A stretch of 64,000 nucleotides of DNA, taken from the NCBI GenBank assembly GCA_024137785.1, contig JAHRHZ010000268.1, positions 33,768,590-33,832,589 on the forward strand, given 5' to 3'. Position numbers and translations under genes: made by a program. The DNA is from Ginglymostoma cirratum. Taxonomy: Eukaryota. The notes beneath the pieces are model-generated. The model was not told the DNA's origin, made no database searches, and saw only the letters and a program-made list of their open reading frames with translations. Positions 49,866-61,885 of the stretch are shown one piece after another; the stretch's first letter is position 1; the number at the start of each line of letters is the position of its first letter.

Positions 49866-50165
49866 CATAGAATCCATATAGTGTTGAAGCAGGCCATTCA
49901 GCCCATCAAGTCCACACTGACCCTCCAAAGACCATCCCACCCAGACCCTCCCCTCTACCCTATCCTTCTAAACCTGTGTTTCCCATGGCCTGTCCACCTA
50001 ACCTGAACATCTTTATTCTGTGGGAGGAAACTGGAGCACCTGGGGAAAACCCACTCAAACACAGGGAGAATGTGCAAAATCTACTCAGACAGTTTCCCCA
50101 GTGTGGAATCAAACCCAGGTCCTTGGTTCTGTGAGGCAGAGTGCTAACCACTGAACTATTGTGCC
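49866..50165 (-). mobile_element. HE1-like V-SINE
   Basis: tgtgggaggaaactggagcacc...gggagaatgtgcaaa...tgtgaggcagagtgctaaccactg. Confidence 0.9.
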
Positions 50166-50349
50166 ATTTGGGAGGATTCTCACTGCGATCCTCAGCAGGA
50201 TCACTCACTGTATCTTGCCAAACTCATCAACAACCTTGCTGATATGATGTCCCTCATGAGCGATTCTATCCCCACCTTACCATATACCATTCCCAAAGCA
50301 ACACATCCTCTAAATATCCACTTTACAACCGGCTTCCTTTTCACCCACA

Positions 50350-50560
50350 CCATTTTGAGAGGCTGCTATACATACAGACAAGCATTGGCAAATGGTCAAG
50401 ATCCTGGAATTCCCTTCTGAAATGCATTGTGAGTCTACCTAAAGCATGTGGACTGCAGGAGTTTAAGAAGGCAGCTCACTACCACCTTCTTACAGACAGT
50501 TAGGGATGAGCAATAAACGCTGGCCAGCCAGTGACACCCATGTCACATGAGGGAATAAGA
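50350..50560 (+). mobile_element. LINE 3' tail
   Basis: tggactgcaggagtttaagaaggcagctcactaccacctt...gagcaataaacgctggcc. Confidence 0.75.
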
Positions 50561-51389
50561 AAGTCTGGTATTGCCCCTCAGTAGCAACATATTGACAGGG
50601 TAGCCACAAATCTATGCTGCACCAATGCACATGCAGTTAGTGTCATGATTCACACTGCCTTGAGCATGCAACCCCATTCTCCCAACCTAGTCTCATTTAA
50701 CCACCAGGCATTAGGTTGACCTGTTCTTGGATACATCCTATCTGAAGACTTCCTCTAAGCCCTAATTCTCTTTCCCCAGTGCCCATTGGTCACCCACATC
50801 TTGTTATTGTCCAGTAGGGGAAGATCACAGACAGGTAAGCAATCAGACAAGTCCAAACATGAGCTTTTTATTGACAGTCATCAAAAGGGAATGCGATGGA
50901 AATGAATACTGGCTGCAGTTCATCCACACAATTTAAACCAAGCACTGGAATCATGACCATGACACTCCATGATGGTGTTTTGCATCTAGCTTGCATTGAC
51001 TGGAAATGGGAATTAATCAGGTCCCAACTGTTTTGTAGGGCCTGGTGCAGCTGAGATCTGTCACCCACAAGGAGACCTTCCACCAACTCAACGACATCTT
51101 CCTTCTCCTTGGATGTCTGCTCCCAGCCTCGGCTCTTCAGCATCTATCACATCATCTTGTGGTCTGGTCCAATTGTGCAGAACACAGCACAGCAGGATAG
51201 TGGAGCATACTGAATGTGGACTATACTGGAGCTTTTATCTCTGTTACCGCACCATACCCTCATTCCCCTGTTGTTCCTGTTGTGTTCTAACCCCCTTTCC
51301 CATCGCAGACCCACCTCAACCTTTCCATATTCCATTGCAATCATTAGAGTCCATCATTGTACTTACAGGAGACACAATGGAGTGATGTA

Positions 51390-51600
51390 CCGCTCACCCT
51401 TCGACACCCATTGGAAGTTCCACAACTGCTGAGACATTTTGACCAGTATTCACTTCCTTTTTAAGTTGTTGCTGCTCCCTCCATAGCAAGAACACCCTTC
51501 CTGAGATAAAAAGACCAAACTGGTCATAATATTCTGTTGTGCTCTCACCAAGGTCCTGTACAAGTGTATCACAACATCTCTGCTCCAATTCTCAAATCCT
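51390..51600 (-). mobile_element. CR1 relic
   Basis: ctcaccaaggtcctgtacaag (antisense LYRTLVR). Confidence 0.55.
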
Positions 51601-51784
51601 CACTCTGGTACAGGACTCTCCTGATTGCTCATGCTGACCCTACAGGACGGACCATTGCCTAGGCCCTGATTGTAGCTGGACAGATCTCCTGATTTTGAGT
51701 TTCACAAACTAATGACTGACTGTGGCCAAGTTTTTGGACTGCTTGCAGACTGTAACAAAGACCCCCTGACTGACAATGTACTCC

Positions 51785-52290
51785 TAAGGTTGCAGGAACA
51801 GCATCTCATATTTCGCTTGGGAGCCCTGCAGGCCAATGGTATCAATGTGGACTTCACAAGCTTCAAAATCTCCCCTCCCCCGATCGCATCCCAAAACCAG
51901 CCCAGCTCATCCCTGCCTCCCTAACCTGTCCTCCCTCCCACCTATCCACTCCTCCTACCTCAAGCCCCACACCCATCTCCTAACTACCAGCCTATCCCGC
52001 CTCCTTGACCTGTCTGTCCTCCCTGGACTGACCTATCCCCTCCCTAACTCCCCACCTACACTCACCTTTACTGGCTCCAACCACGCCTCTTTGACCTGTC
52101 TGTTTCCTCTCCACCTATCTCTTCCTTTATCCATCCTCTATCCGCCTCTCCCACTCTCTCCATTTATTTCAGAATCCCCATCCCCTCCCCCATTTCTGAA
52201 GAAGGGTCCAGGCCTGAAACGTCAGCTTTCCTGCTCCTCTGATGCTGCTTGGCCTGCTGTGTTCATCCAGCTCTACACCTTGTTATATCA
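51785..52290 (+). mobile_element. Penelope-like element 3' end: GIY-YIG C-terminus, C/T-rich UTR, pLTR with hammerhead
   Basis: RLQEQHLIFRLGALQANGINVDF (cf. PLE R..EE..I..L.TL.P.G.N), then ctgaagaagggtccaggcctgaaacgtc at 52196-52223. Confidence 0.9.
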
Positions 52291-52722
52291 GTATTAATTG
52301 GGCCCCCATTTCGAAGTATACACGACTAGTCATCCCAGTATTTTCTGTCTCCTGGTTTAACTGAGTTTTGTTTCTTTCTGGATATGTGCTAATTGGAATA
52401 TTGTAGCAACACACGCAGCGGTATTCGGATTTATGAGAGAAATCACACTGAATCATTCAAAAAATTTTAGCTGTTGAACCGCGTTGTAAACTGATAAGTG
52501 CTTTAGCATGAGCAGTACGTGTAAAAAACAAGGGAGTGGTAGGTTCCGCCATTGTCAATTAGTTTAGAGCAGGAATCCAAAAATATCTTCAATAATACAG
52601 GATTATCCCTTGGCTTTGGAAAGCACTAAAATTAGAATTAGGTTTTATTGTCACATGTGCTCAAGTATAGATGTACAGGAGTATTGTGAAAAGTGTAGGA
52701 AGTCACCATTTTCCAGCACCAT

Positions 52723-52964
52723 AGTCGGAACTGCTGATGCTGGAGAATCTGAGATAGCAAGGTGTAGAGCTGGATGAACACAGCAGGCCAAGCAGCATCA
52801 GAGGAGAAGGAAAGCTGACGTTTCGGGCCTAGATCCTTCTTCAGAAAAATCTGAAATCAGAAAAATTTTTTCTGAAGAAGGGTCTAGGCCCAAAACGTCA
52901 GCTTTCTTGCTCCTCTTATGCTGCTTGGCCTGCTGTGTTCATCCAGCTCTAAACCTTGTTATCT
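52723..52964. mobile_element. Penelope-like pLTR fold-back insertion with 16-bp TSD
   Basis: cattttccagcaccat at 52707-52722 and 52965-52980. Inverted arms surround an A/T spacer. Confidence 0.9.
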
Positions 52965-52975
52965 CATTTTCCAGC

Positions 52976-53070
52976 ACCATCTTAGTTACAAATCCTGAAT
53001 TTAAAAACACAACCATCTTAGATACAAAAATCAAAAAAACTATCTAAGATACAAAAACTGGAATTAAAAA
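52976..53070 (+). repeat. Three degenerate tandem units (about 30-36 bp) of accatcttagatacaaa...
   Basis: accatcttagttacaaa / accatcttagatacaaa / actatctaagatacaaa. Confidence 0.6.
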
Positions 53071-53399
53071 AAAACAAAAACAGAAATACAAAAGAAAGGA
53101 GACTAAAAGAAAGGTGAAAACATCCAGGTTTAAAAGTCATAGCTTCATAAGTTAGTCTCATCTTTGTACAATAAGTGGCCATCTCTCCCCAAAACCATTA
53201 ATCTCAGTGCTGCAGCCACCACAGGCCATTGAAACTTCGTTCACTTTCTGCAGAACACTTAAATATCATTTATTTGGTGAACATCCTTTAAAGGCAGAGG
53301 TTTCAAAAAGATTAGGAAAGCTTTGCAACATTATGTCAGACTATTAGATAATAATTTTAATCCCACAACAGTTACATTAAAAAAGGGAACTACACAAGG

Positions 53400-55250
53400 A
53401 ATAGCGAGACTGTAGAAATGTTTTAGGCACTGATGGTAAAATAGAAATCTCAAAACATGGTAACAAAACATTTTTAAGAGTACATTCCAAGCAACTTCTG
53501 GTACTGATGACACATTGATGGAACCCAAACAAATAATGGAAAGATACACTTGACGCATGCCAACCCTTTATGGACATCAGTTTATGACAGATAATGACCT
53601 AACGGATCAAGTGATAGTGAAGATCAGGATAAGGTCGTTAATTACATGATCGTTTACCAAAAGTTATCGTTAGGCTAACATATGCCAGAAGGGGCTAGTG
53701 AGTGATGGAAGCCACCGTATTCGGAAGGGCAAGAAAGATCACAGGAGAATACAGAAACTGGTTAAATGAGCAAGAAAAGGGGCAGAATATCAGGTCTAGG
53801 ATTTGGCAGAGGAAGTTTAAATATGGAAAGCAGGGAAATGTACTGTAAATTCAGACAGTGGGCCTAATTCTAATCATAGCCCAAGGTAAAGATCTGAAAC
53901 TTCTGAAAGGAGCTCCAGTGGCAGGAGGCACAGATTGAATAGCAGGATTTCAAATCAGGACAGGCAACCTAATAGGAGACATAGTGTCGCACGATTAAAG
54001 ATTGAAGAACAAACAAGGAGTGCCACAAGAAGCAGGAGCCCTTACAATAGAGAAGGCTACCAACAAGTGAGATGTAAACTGGTAACAGAAACAAAACTCG
54101 ACAGTTGAAGAGGGTTGGTGTATACGTGGAGGTCTCAATTAAATGACAACTGCAATGCTCTATAGGTAGATGGTTATGGAGAAACTACTTCCCGAAGGTA
54201 TGTATAAAATTAAGACCAGACTTGTAGCAAATTTGGGGAAGAACTAGGAAACCAAGTAGACTCTCCAATAGCAAAAAAAAGTTGCAAGATTTTTCTACTA
54301 GTTTTCACAACAAAGTCCTAGAATGTGAATCCACTGGTATCAAAGCAGCATTGTTGCAAGAACTATTTCAAATAAGTATTTTAAAGCCTCCTAAGGAAGC
54401 TGGAGATCAGAAGGCAAATTACGGAGATCAAACAAGTATATATGTACAGACTAAATGACACATGCAATATTTTTCAGTTCAGTCCATATTATTTAGAATA
54501 GGTTGTTTTCAACTCCATATGGATCCAGATGCTTTGGAACTGTGAAGAATAAAAACAAGAAAATGGAAGGTGTTTTCTTAATGCACATAGACAATTTGCC
54601 GTGGGGACGATCCAAGGCATTTGAAAAATTAGTGACGGCTAAAAATGTAAAGGAATTCAAAACTTGAAGTTGGGCTTCAGCTGTTTTTCAATATTTAGAG
54701 ATGAACATTAGACAGACTAAGTTGGAAATAATCCTTGATCAACATTGATATCAAGAGAGTGTTAGCAGGGTTCTAATAACTTGGGCCAGATCCCTTTCAA
54801 AAACAAAACTTCACCAATAAAGAAGAAGCAAACCAGTTCAGAAGCTTAGTCGGACATTGGTTATGCAAACTAACTGGACAGGATGCATGCTATGATATAT
54901 TAGAATTAAACACTGTGCCGAAATATATTGCTGTTAGGAACGTGCTGAAAATAAATAGAACTGAAGAAATTAAGTTCAGACAGTGTACATTCAGATTTGC
55001 AGCTATTAGTGGCCCAGAAGAAATGGTATTAGTCATTTTTAGTGACACCTCATGTGTTAATCCTCCTGATGGTTATGCAAATACAATAAGGTTCATTATA
55101 TTTTCAGTGGAAAGAAATAATAAATATTGTCCATTAACTTCGAATCGAAAAATAATAATAAAAAATGCACTAGTCAAAAGCACCTTAGATATGGAGACAC
55201 TTGTATTTGTAGTAACAACTGATATGTTGTTTTATTCATCTTTCTGAAGG
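53400..55250 (+). pseudogene. Decayed Ty1/Copia LTR-retrotransposon pol (post-integrase linker, RT, RNase H)
   Basis: KIKTRLVA (cf. KARLVARG) at about 54209; GIKAALLQ (cf. DIKxAFLQG) at about 54340; LKPPKEA; MHIDNLPWG (cf. HVDDFLWG) at 54581; FRSLVG; ORF 54915-55247 VIFSDTS...CPL...VKSTLDMETL (Copia-type RNase H). Confidence 0.85.
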
Positions 55251-55372
55251 TCCTTTGTTTTCAAAAAGTGGAGAAATGGAATATGTTAAATATTTGATTG
55301 TTTATTATTTGCATCTTTTATGAAGTTTCACAGACTGATTTAATTTATACAGAAAAGGAATCTAGTCATTTC

Positions 55373-55418
55373 TAGATAACATGGTGTGGAGCTGAATGAA
55401 CACAGCAGGCCAAGCAGC
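55373..55418 (-). mobile_element. Short PLE pLTR fragment
   Basis: agataacatggtgtggagctgaatgaacacagcaggccaagcagc. Confidence 0.75.
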
Positions 55419-56002
55419 GTTGGTTCCATTACATAGTAAATACCTCTTGGTTGAAGGTAATGAGGCAAACAGGTTTGGCTATTGATTTGTTAATTATAGT
55501 TCAGTATGTTAAACTTTTCCTGACAGATGGGAACAACAGGCCTGGGTTGCATTATTCCTAACATTGACATTTTGATTTGCTCCCCTAGTTTTCATTTAAG
55601 TTATAGTGCTTGCATTATGTGTTTTTTGCTTGTTACGTTGAATTACTCTTCTGCAAAAACAAGAATAAATTTAACGTGTAAAATTTTATGATGTTAATGG
55701 GCACCTATTTTTGTTTGATTTGCCTGATTTTTTAAGTAAGGTTTTCCCCAAAAATGTGCTGCAGCGTATGTAAAGAGCTGGATGTAGACCTACCTCATGC
55801 TAGAGTTCAGAATAGAGCCTAGGCCCATGATTTTCAACTATTCGGTTCATTAAGCCCTTAAAATGTGTAAGTAATTTGTACGTGGCATGACATGGAAATT
55901 ATGGACCATTCATGTTCATAATAAATGATACTGCACATTTTATTAACATTCTCACTTTTCTTCAGCAAATAGCAAAAATATCCAAGGTATGACGAACATT
56001 AG

Positions 56003-56319
56003 CACAACACTGTGGCTCAGTGATTAGCATTGCTGCCTCACAGCACCCAGGGACCTGGGTTCAATTCCACCCTCCTGCGACTGTCTGTGGAGTTTGAACG
56101 CTCCCCCGTGTCTGCGTGGGTTTCATCTGGGTGCTCTGGTTTCCTCCCTCAGTTCAAAGATGTGCCAGTTTGTTGGATTGGCCATGCTAAATTGTCCATA
56201 ATGTGCAAGCTAGGTGGATTAGCCATAGGAAATCAGAGATTGGGTGGCGTGCTCTTCAGAGGGTCAGTTTGGACTCTATGGGCCAAATGACCTGCTTCCA
56301 CGCTGTAGGAATTCTATGA
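56003..56319 (+). mobile_element. HE1-like V-SINE, near full length
   Basis: tgtggctcagtgattagcattgctgcctcacagc...gggttcaattcc...ctccccgtgtctgcgtgggtttc...aattctatga. Confidence 0.92.
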
Positions 56320-56859
56320 AATAATGAATAGCAGCCTTGCAGCAGATAGTTGATCCTTTTGAAGTTTAAAAGTGTCAAATTAATTATGGCATACTGCTAG
56401 TCTATTATTTTCCCTTACAATCCAATAGAGATCATTTTCATTTGTTCATTTTCTCTCATGACTAATTCTTGGTGAGTATCTCTGTCTGCTTCATTCTAGC
56501 AACTGATCTTTATCCATTCATATTGCCCCTTTGGAACATATGGGAAGAAGAGGAACAGGGAACCAAGTATTGTGTACAGACACTGGAGAGAACTGTGTCT
56601 GATGGATTCGCTGTGCCAACCTGCAGGATTGAGAGTAGATACTTTCTGTGCTCTGAAGTAGAAGAACTGTAACATATAGTCTTTATTTTCTATCTGTACT
56701 CACATTGGTCCACGTTCTGTTGTTTAATGCAGCTGGGATAAATTATGGAATGCAGTATTAAAATATAACTTAAAATATAAGTTAGAAAAAAAAATAAACA
56801 CAACAAGTTATTGAGAAGTTGTATGCTTTTATTTTCTAAGCTTTATTCCGAGGAATTCG

Positions 56860-57090
56860 CATCTCGTCAAAAAGAGGCTATATTATTATTTGCAACTTGA
56901 AAGACTGGAACTCCCTTACGCAAAAGGAAATCGATATTTTGTTAATCATTCATTTTAAATCTGAGGTTGATGGAGTTTTCTACTGAGGGATATTAAATCT
57001 TATGGGTTTTAGTTAAATGTATGGAATTAGGTCACAGATCAGCTAACGGTAACCAAGGCACATGGAATAAATTGGTTTACTCCTCATTCA
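56860..57090 (+). mobile_element. CR1 3' relic
   Basis: tggaactcccttac...tttaaatctgaggttgatggagtttt...aggtcacagatcagc. Confidence 0.5.
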
Positions 57091-57810
57091 AAGTTTGGAA
57101 AAGAAAGTTATCTTCTGCATACTGATCTACCCAATCGCTATACTTGTATAAGAGGCCATAAAGTGTGCAAAAAATATGACATATTGCAACCATGTGCTAG
57201 TAAGAAAGAGCATGGTTTTATTCATAGATGCCTGTCAAACATGATGCAGTGTGTTCATGTAAACTTAGTAAATTATAACTGAATACGGTATGAAAAGAAT
57301 TCAGCAAGTTTGTTTACTGTATACTACTGAAGGTTTTGCTTCTCTATTATTTTTGGAAACTGTACAAAATGCTTTTGTGATTGCCAAAGGCTCAATTGTT
57401 GGTAATGAAAAAAGTAAAGTGAACACTTGTCAACATTTAGCCAAAGCATAAATATCATTGTTTTTAAACGTGTGTACAATATTTACTTTCCAAAAAATAG
57501 TACAGCCAATTTTCTGTCATCTTGATCACATTCAGTCTAAAGATATGATGTTTTAGAATAATGGGGGTACTCATTTTACTTTTTGTATCCTCCCCACTAA
57601 TTTACAATGAATAGATAAGATAAATCCAGACCTCACCTCAAATCTAAGTTTATGGTTTACCAGGCAAAGATGATTCTCACACTTCTTTCAGAGACAAGAT
57701 AGAGCAAACAAACATGATCATGATGTTAGGAGGTCATATGGATAAAATAACCTGCAGTAGCTCCTATGAGCAACTGCAAAACCTCTTGTAAACCAATGCT
57801 TCCCCCAATA

Positions 57811-58288
57811 GAGATAAAAGGTACTGCAGATGCTGGAGAATCCGAGATAACAAGGTGTGGGGCTGGATGAACACAGCAGGCCAAGCAGCATCAGAGGAGC
57901 AGGAAAACTTGACGTTTCGGGCCTAAACCCTTCATCAGAAATGGGGGAGGGGAAGAGGGTTCTGAAATAAATAGGGAGAGAGGGGGAGGCAGATAGAGGA
58001 TGGATAGAGGAGGGGATAGGTGGAGAGGAGGCAGACAAGTCGAAGAGGCGGGGATGGAGCCAGTAAAGGTGAGCGTAGGTGGGGGGTAGGGAGGGGATAG
58101 GTCAGTCCAGGGAGGACGGACAGGTCAAGGGGGCGGGATGATGTTAGTAGACAGGAGATGGGGGTGGGGCTTGAGGTGGGAGGAGGGGATAGGTGAGAGG
58201 AAAAACAGGTTAGGGAGGTGGAGATGAGCTGGGCTGGTTTTGGGATGCGGTTGGGGGAGGGGAGATTTTGAAACTTGTGAAATCCACA
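57811..58288 (-). mobile_element. Penelope-like element 3' end (ORF tail VDFTSFKISP, UTR, pLTR)
   Basis: Reverse complement closely matches 51846-52290 and extends to the full pLTR end. Confidence 0.92.
57907..57942 (-). ncRNA. Minimal type-I hammerhead ribozyme motif (best-formed copy)
   Basis: AUUU-CUGAUGA-A-GGGU uuag GCCC-GAAAC-GUC-AAGU. 4-bp stem I (AUUU/AAGU), 4-bp stem II, palindromic ACGU. Confidence 0.68.
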
Positions 58289-59089
58289 AACCATCCAAGG
58301 CAGCAAAAACCTATTGAGAACCAGTTTTTTGCATGGTGGGAGGGTAGGAGTTTTGGGAGAAGAAATAATTTGCACTTGGGACCAGCTCTACATACCAGAT
58401 TCAGAGCAACCCAGCACTGTCGCTCAATGGTTGGTGATTTTCCTGGGTTTGCCAATTTTAAATGGAATGTGAGGGAAAGGAGAGGTGAAAGGAAGGAAAG
58501 TGAAGGGATGCTGCTCCTGTGAAAAAAGCGGAGGTGCTGATAGAAATCTCTGATATGCTTTCACATAAAGAGGGGGAGAAAGCTTTATGACAGGACTTTG
58601 AACTATTTTGAGTGATTTGTCAGGACTCTGGAAACTTAGTGAAAACCAGAACGGTCCTGGAAACATCAGCATAGCTGCCACCAGTTCCTTAATAAAATCC
58701 TCTCATCATCAAATTTCCAGGGAGTGGAGCCTTAGTTTATGCAAGCATTCCTTGTAGCTTTACCTTGACGTCCTGGTTTAATTCTGGTGAATATATAGCA
58801 CTATATTTGAGATGAATGCATGCTTCCTAAAGAGTGGTGGTCTTCCATTGTGGGCAGCTATATGGCAAGGTGTAAAACTTCATCCACACACAGCACAATG
58901 CAAGAAAGAGAAGGTGACTTCTCCAGATAGTCTGAACCACTTTAATACTTCATCCAACACCACCAAAGTTAATTAACTATTTATTTCATTGCGGTTTATG
59001 GAACAGATTTTCCACATGATTGCTGCAATTGATACAACTCTTGTAGCAGAACCTCATAAGGACCTGAATATTAAGGGTGACGATGAGAA

Positions 59090-60600
59090 TTGTGGCAGAA
59101 TCAAACGAGAAATTTGATGAAGACTATCTCGATATTGGAAACAATTTGCTGCATCTTTTAACTGAACTCCATAATTGAGGTTTGATTCTCATTAGGTAAT
59201 GGCAAGTTGCCTATTGAGGGGGATTTTTACTTAATAATGATCTTATTAACTGCACATTTCACGTAATTAATATGTAGCTTCCTATCTTACCCATACCTTC
59301 AGGAAACTGGGCACAGAGAATTCTCAATCTGGAAATCAGATCAGGTACCTGGTGATTTCATTTTACCACTGGCTGTGTAGAATCTCGATGTTGGTCAACA
59401 AATAACAGTATCCCAGGACATCAGCTGCGTGCATCCTGCATCGCACAGACATTAACATGCAATAATTGCTAACCCCTTAGGATCCTCCTTGAACCTGTCT
59501 GATTGACTTGCAGGATACTTGGGAAGTTGAGACTTTCATTCCAGGGTGCATCAGCTACCAAAATTGAAAGTTTGCTAAAAGGACACTTATGCACATGGAC
59601 AGGACCCAGCTGTCATATTTGGACCTGTCTGCATCTCAGGGCTCCCCACTTGCTGCCTTAGCACTCTGTTGAATAACATCAGTCTGGATGGTCACAGCAT
59701 CTCTGTGTTGCCTTGCCATGACCAGGCAGCTTGCCTTGCTGGTCAGCAGTCCGTAGTCAAGCAGGCAGATAGTACAGCATTGTCCCTCTCCAAGCTGACA
59801 CCTGCGCCATGCGTCAGAAGCTTTTTTTTGCAAACACACTGCAGCAAGCAAGCAGCTATGTCTCAAAATCTTAGAGGAGCAGCCCTTACAAGTGCATGAA
59901 TGTACCTGTTAGTCAGGTACAGTAAGTCCAGGGCAATCTCTGGCACCAGTCCAAGGGATTAATGCACATTAACATTGGGGTGTTCTTGATTAGTGAGACC
60001 ATGTCTCTGACATCTGAGGAGTAGGTCACAGTCAGCCCTATGACTCAATAGCAGCCAGTTGGGGGCATAGGGCTAATACAGTTGGAGAGATGTACAGGCA
60101 TCATCCAGGCAACTCAGAACTTCCCATTCAGGATGTCCATTGGTCCATCCAGAGAAACCAGTCGAAATGGGAAGGGCTACAATAAGGGGTCACTGCTGCA
60201 GATATGAGACTTGGCAACCTATCCATGGGGATTATGAGCAGCAGGCTGAGGGGAAGGGGATGATGATTGTGAAATGTGGATCTGGATTTGTAAGTGGGGC
60301 ATATGGTAAGATGTGGATGGGAATTGTTCATGTGGAAGGGACCTTTAAAGTTTGCCAGGAACACGGGAGTTTCAATGTGGAGGGGGAACAGTGTATAATC
60401 TACCAGGGCCTGGTCGTGGGGGAAGATGACCATTCAAAGAAAGAGTTACCAGGAAAGGGATATCAATGTTTGGCTTCTTTCCAGCTCAAGCTGAAAACCA
60501 TTGTCCAAAGTGACCTCACTGTCACCTTCCGTCACACTGAAAATCATGAAAGAAAATGGACATATCAACATCCAGATTGAGTGGGTAAATGTCTTAAACT
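59090..60600 (-). mobile_element. Probable decayed DNA-transposon (Harbinger-associated) sequence
   Basis: GC-richer block contiguous with the Myb relics. No intact frame; family assignment is weak. Confidence 0.3.
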
Positions 60601-60699
60601 GTGAAGGAGAGGCCTACAAGACCCTGCTGGGAGACCCTACAGGGGGCAAGATCATTACACACAAACCCATATATTGTACCAGACAGCAAATTGTGAGGT

Positions 60700-60925
60700 C
60701 CCTAATCTATAGCGTTTCAAATGCATTGGCTCCCTGTATGTTGTACAACTCCCTGTCTCAGACATTGCTGCCCACTTCAACCAACACCAACCTTTGCACG
60801 CAGAGGTCGGCAAATAAGTACGAATGTTTGATCAGGAGAGTCCATGGTGCCAGCATGAACCATTGCCCTATTTATCACCTTGCCCCTCTCACTTCCACAT
60901 GCTGCAGCAGGGTCTCAGCATAGAT
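60700..60925 (-). pseudogene. Decayed Harbinger Myb/SANT-like gene fragment
   Basis: ETLLQHVEVR...VEVGSNV...HTGSQCI (cf. LE.LL..VE.R...W.EVA...RT..QC.K). Confidence 0.55.
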
Positions 60926-61289
60926 GTCAATACATGGTACACCCTGGTGGTACAGTTACGTTTGAGGCTTTGAGACAGAGACTGGTAGTGCAAAACCATT
61001 AACAATTAATGTTGGCATTGGAGGCATGGCTGATATTGCACTGTATATCAAAGCTCCCTCAAAAGGATTTATTTTTCTCTCCATCCCACTGCATCTTAAT
61101 GTTCTCAGCACTCTCTTCCTCAGAGGGTAAGGAGATGTCTTCTGGCTGAACAGCATGCTCTCCACCGGGGCCACGGCCATGCCAAAGGAGGAGAGAAAAG
61201 GTTTCCTTGTCGGGGGTTAGGAGGGTTGTGCAGAGATTGACATTGAGAATGAGATTAATGAGAATTGTGGTGGAACAAACAGTGGTACG

Positions 61290-61885
61290 TACCCATTTGA
61301 CAGGACATGGATATTTTGTGAAGTTGCCTTGATCTTGTCCTGTGACAGCGTGGTTTTGTAATGAGTGAGGAGCTAATTCAGGCACCCCTCCACCCACCCT
61401 GGCACTTTCTGCCCTGCAATGGGCTGTTTTCTCCTGAATAGGGGAGATGGATTAAGTGAGGTTAACATTGATTGTACAGCCATTGGGGCTGATAGAGGTG
61501 AGTGTAAAGGTGGTGAGATGTCCTGGGTGGCTGAGTGCGCAGCACTGAAGCCATGGGCAGTTGAGAGTGGGAAGAACATGGATTGAACTGGAGGAATTGG
61601 GAAGAGAATGATAGTGAGTGAGGGATGATGTAGCCTATACTTGTGAGACTAGTAGAGCTTGAGCCTTGGTGGGACTTGGGTGTAGTAGCAGAGAAAGAGA
61701 GCAAGTTTGGGATGACGGAAGAGTGATGTATTTACCCTGGAGGAGTGGAGAAGGTAATTGATTTCTTGTGGCACTGTTGTTCACTCCTTCAGACTGTGGA
61801 TAAAACACTGACACAAGTGGCGATCTTGGACCATGCTGCCAGGTTCTGATGTGGTCTCCTCTGCTGGTCCTCTGAAAAGATCCAC
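61290..61885 (-). pseudogene. Decayed spliced Harbinger Myb/SANT-like (MSANTD-type) gene, two exons
   Basis: Exon 61885-61736 IFSEDQQRRPHQNLAAWSKIATCVSVLSTV*RSEQQCHKK/NYLLHSSR|gtaaat. Exon from 61433 ttcag|EKTAHCRAESARVGGGVPEL (cf. TGGG motif). Confidence 0.8.

Larger units (their letters stand above)
49811..52550. mobile_element. Composite old Harbinger-like element with nested SINE, LINE and PLE insertions
   Basis: Starts with TIR gggctgaatttt. Minus-strand 50870-51230 weakly resembles a Harbinger transposase end (QYAP..CCAV, DLINSHFQ). Right end uncertain. Confidence 0.35.

Noticed and set aside
51836-52297. Pro/Leu/Ser-rich ORFs (also 57935-58375 and 25031-25479)
   Set aside because: They arise from C/T-rich low-complexity TE UTR sequence that lacks stop codons by composition.
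56003-56075. tRNA gene
   Set aside because: The A/B boxes belong to the tRNA-derived head of an HE1-like SINE; the same applies to 49280-49350 and the short SINEs.
56500-56668. Plus-strand exon-like segment (…WNIWEEEEQGTKYC…)
   Set aside because: The acceptor is plausible but the donor is weak, with no partner exon or homology.
58075-58265. G-quadruplex-prone G-run cluster
   Set aside because: It is the antisense of the PLE C-rich UTR and is present in other family copies, so it is not locus-specific.
4040-58288. Recurrent ctggatgaacacagcagg repeat as a CRISPR-like array or DNA MITE
   Set aside because: Copies are dispersed in both orientations with no spacers. The repeat is linked to a PLE ORF end and has variable-length TSDs.
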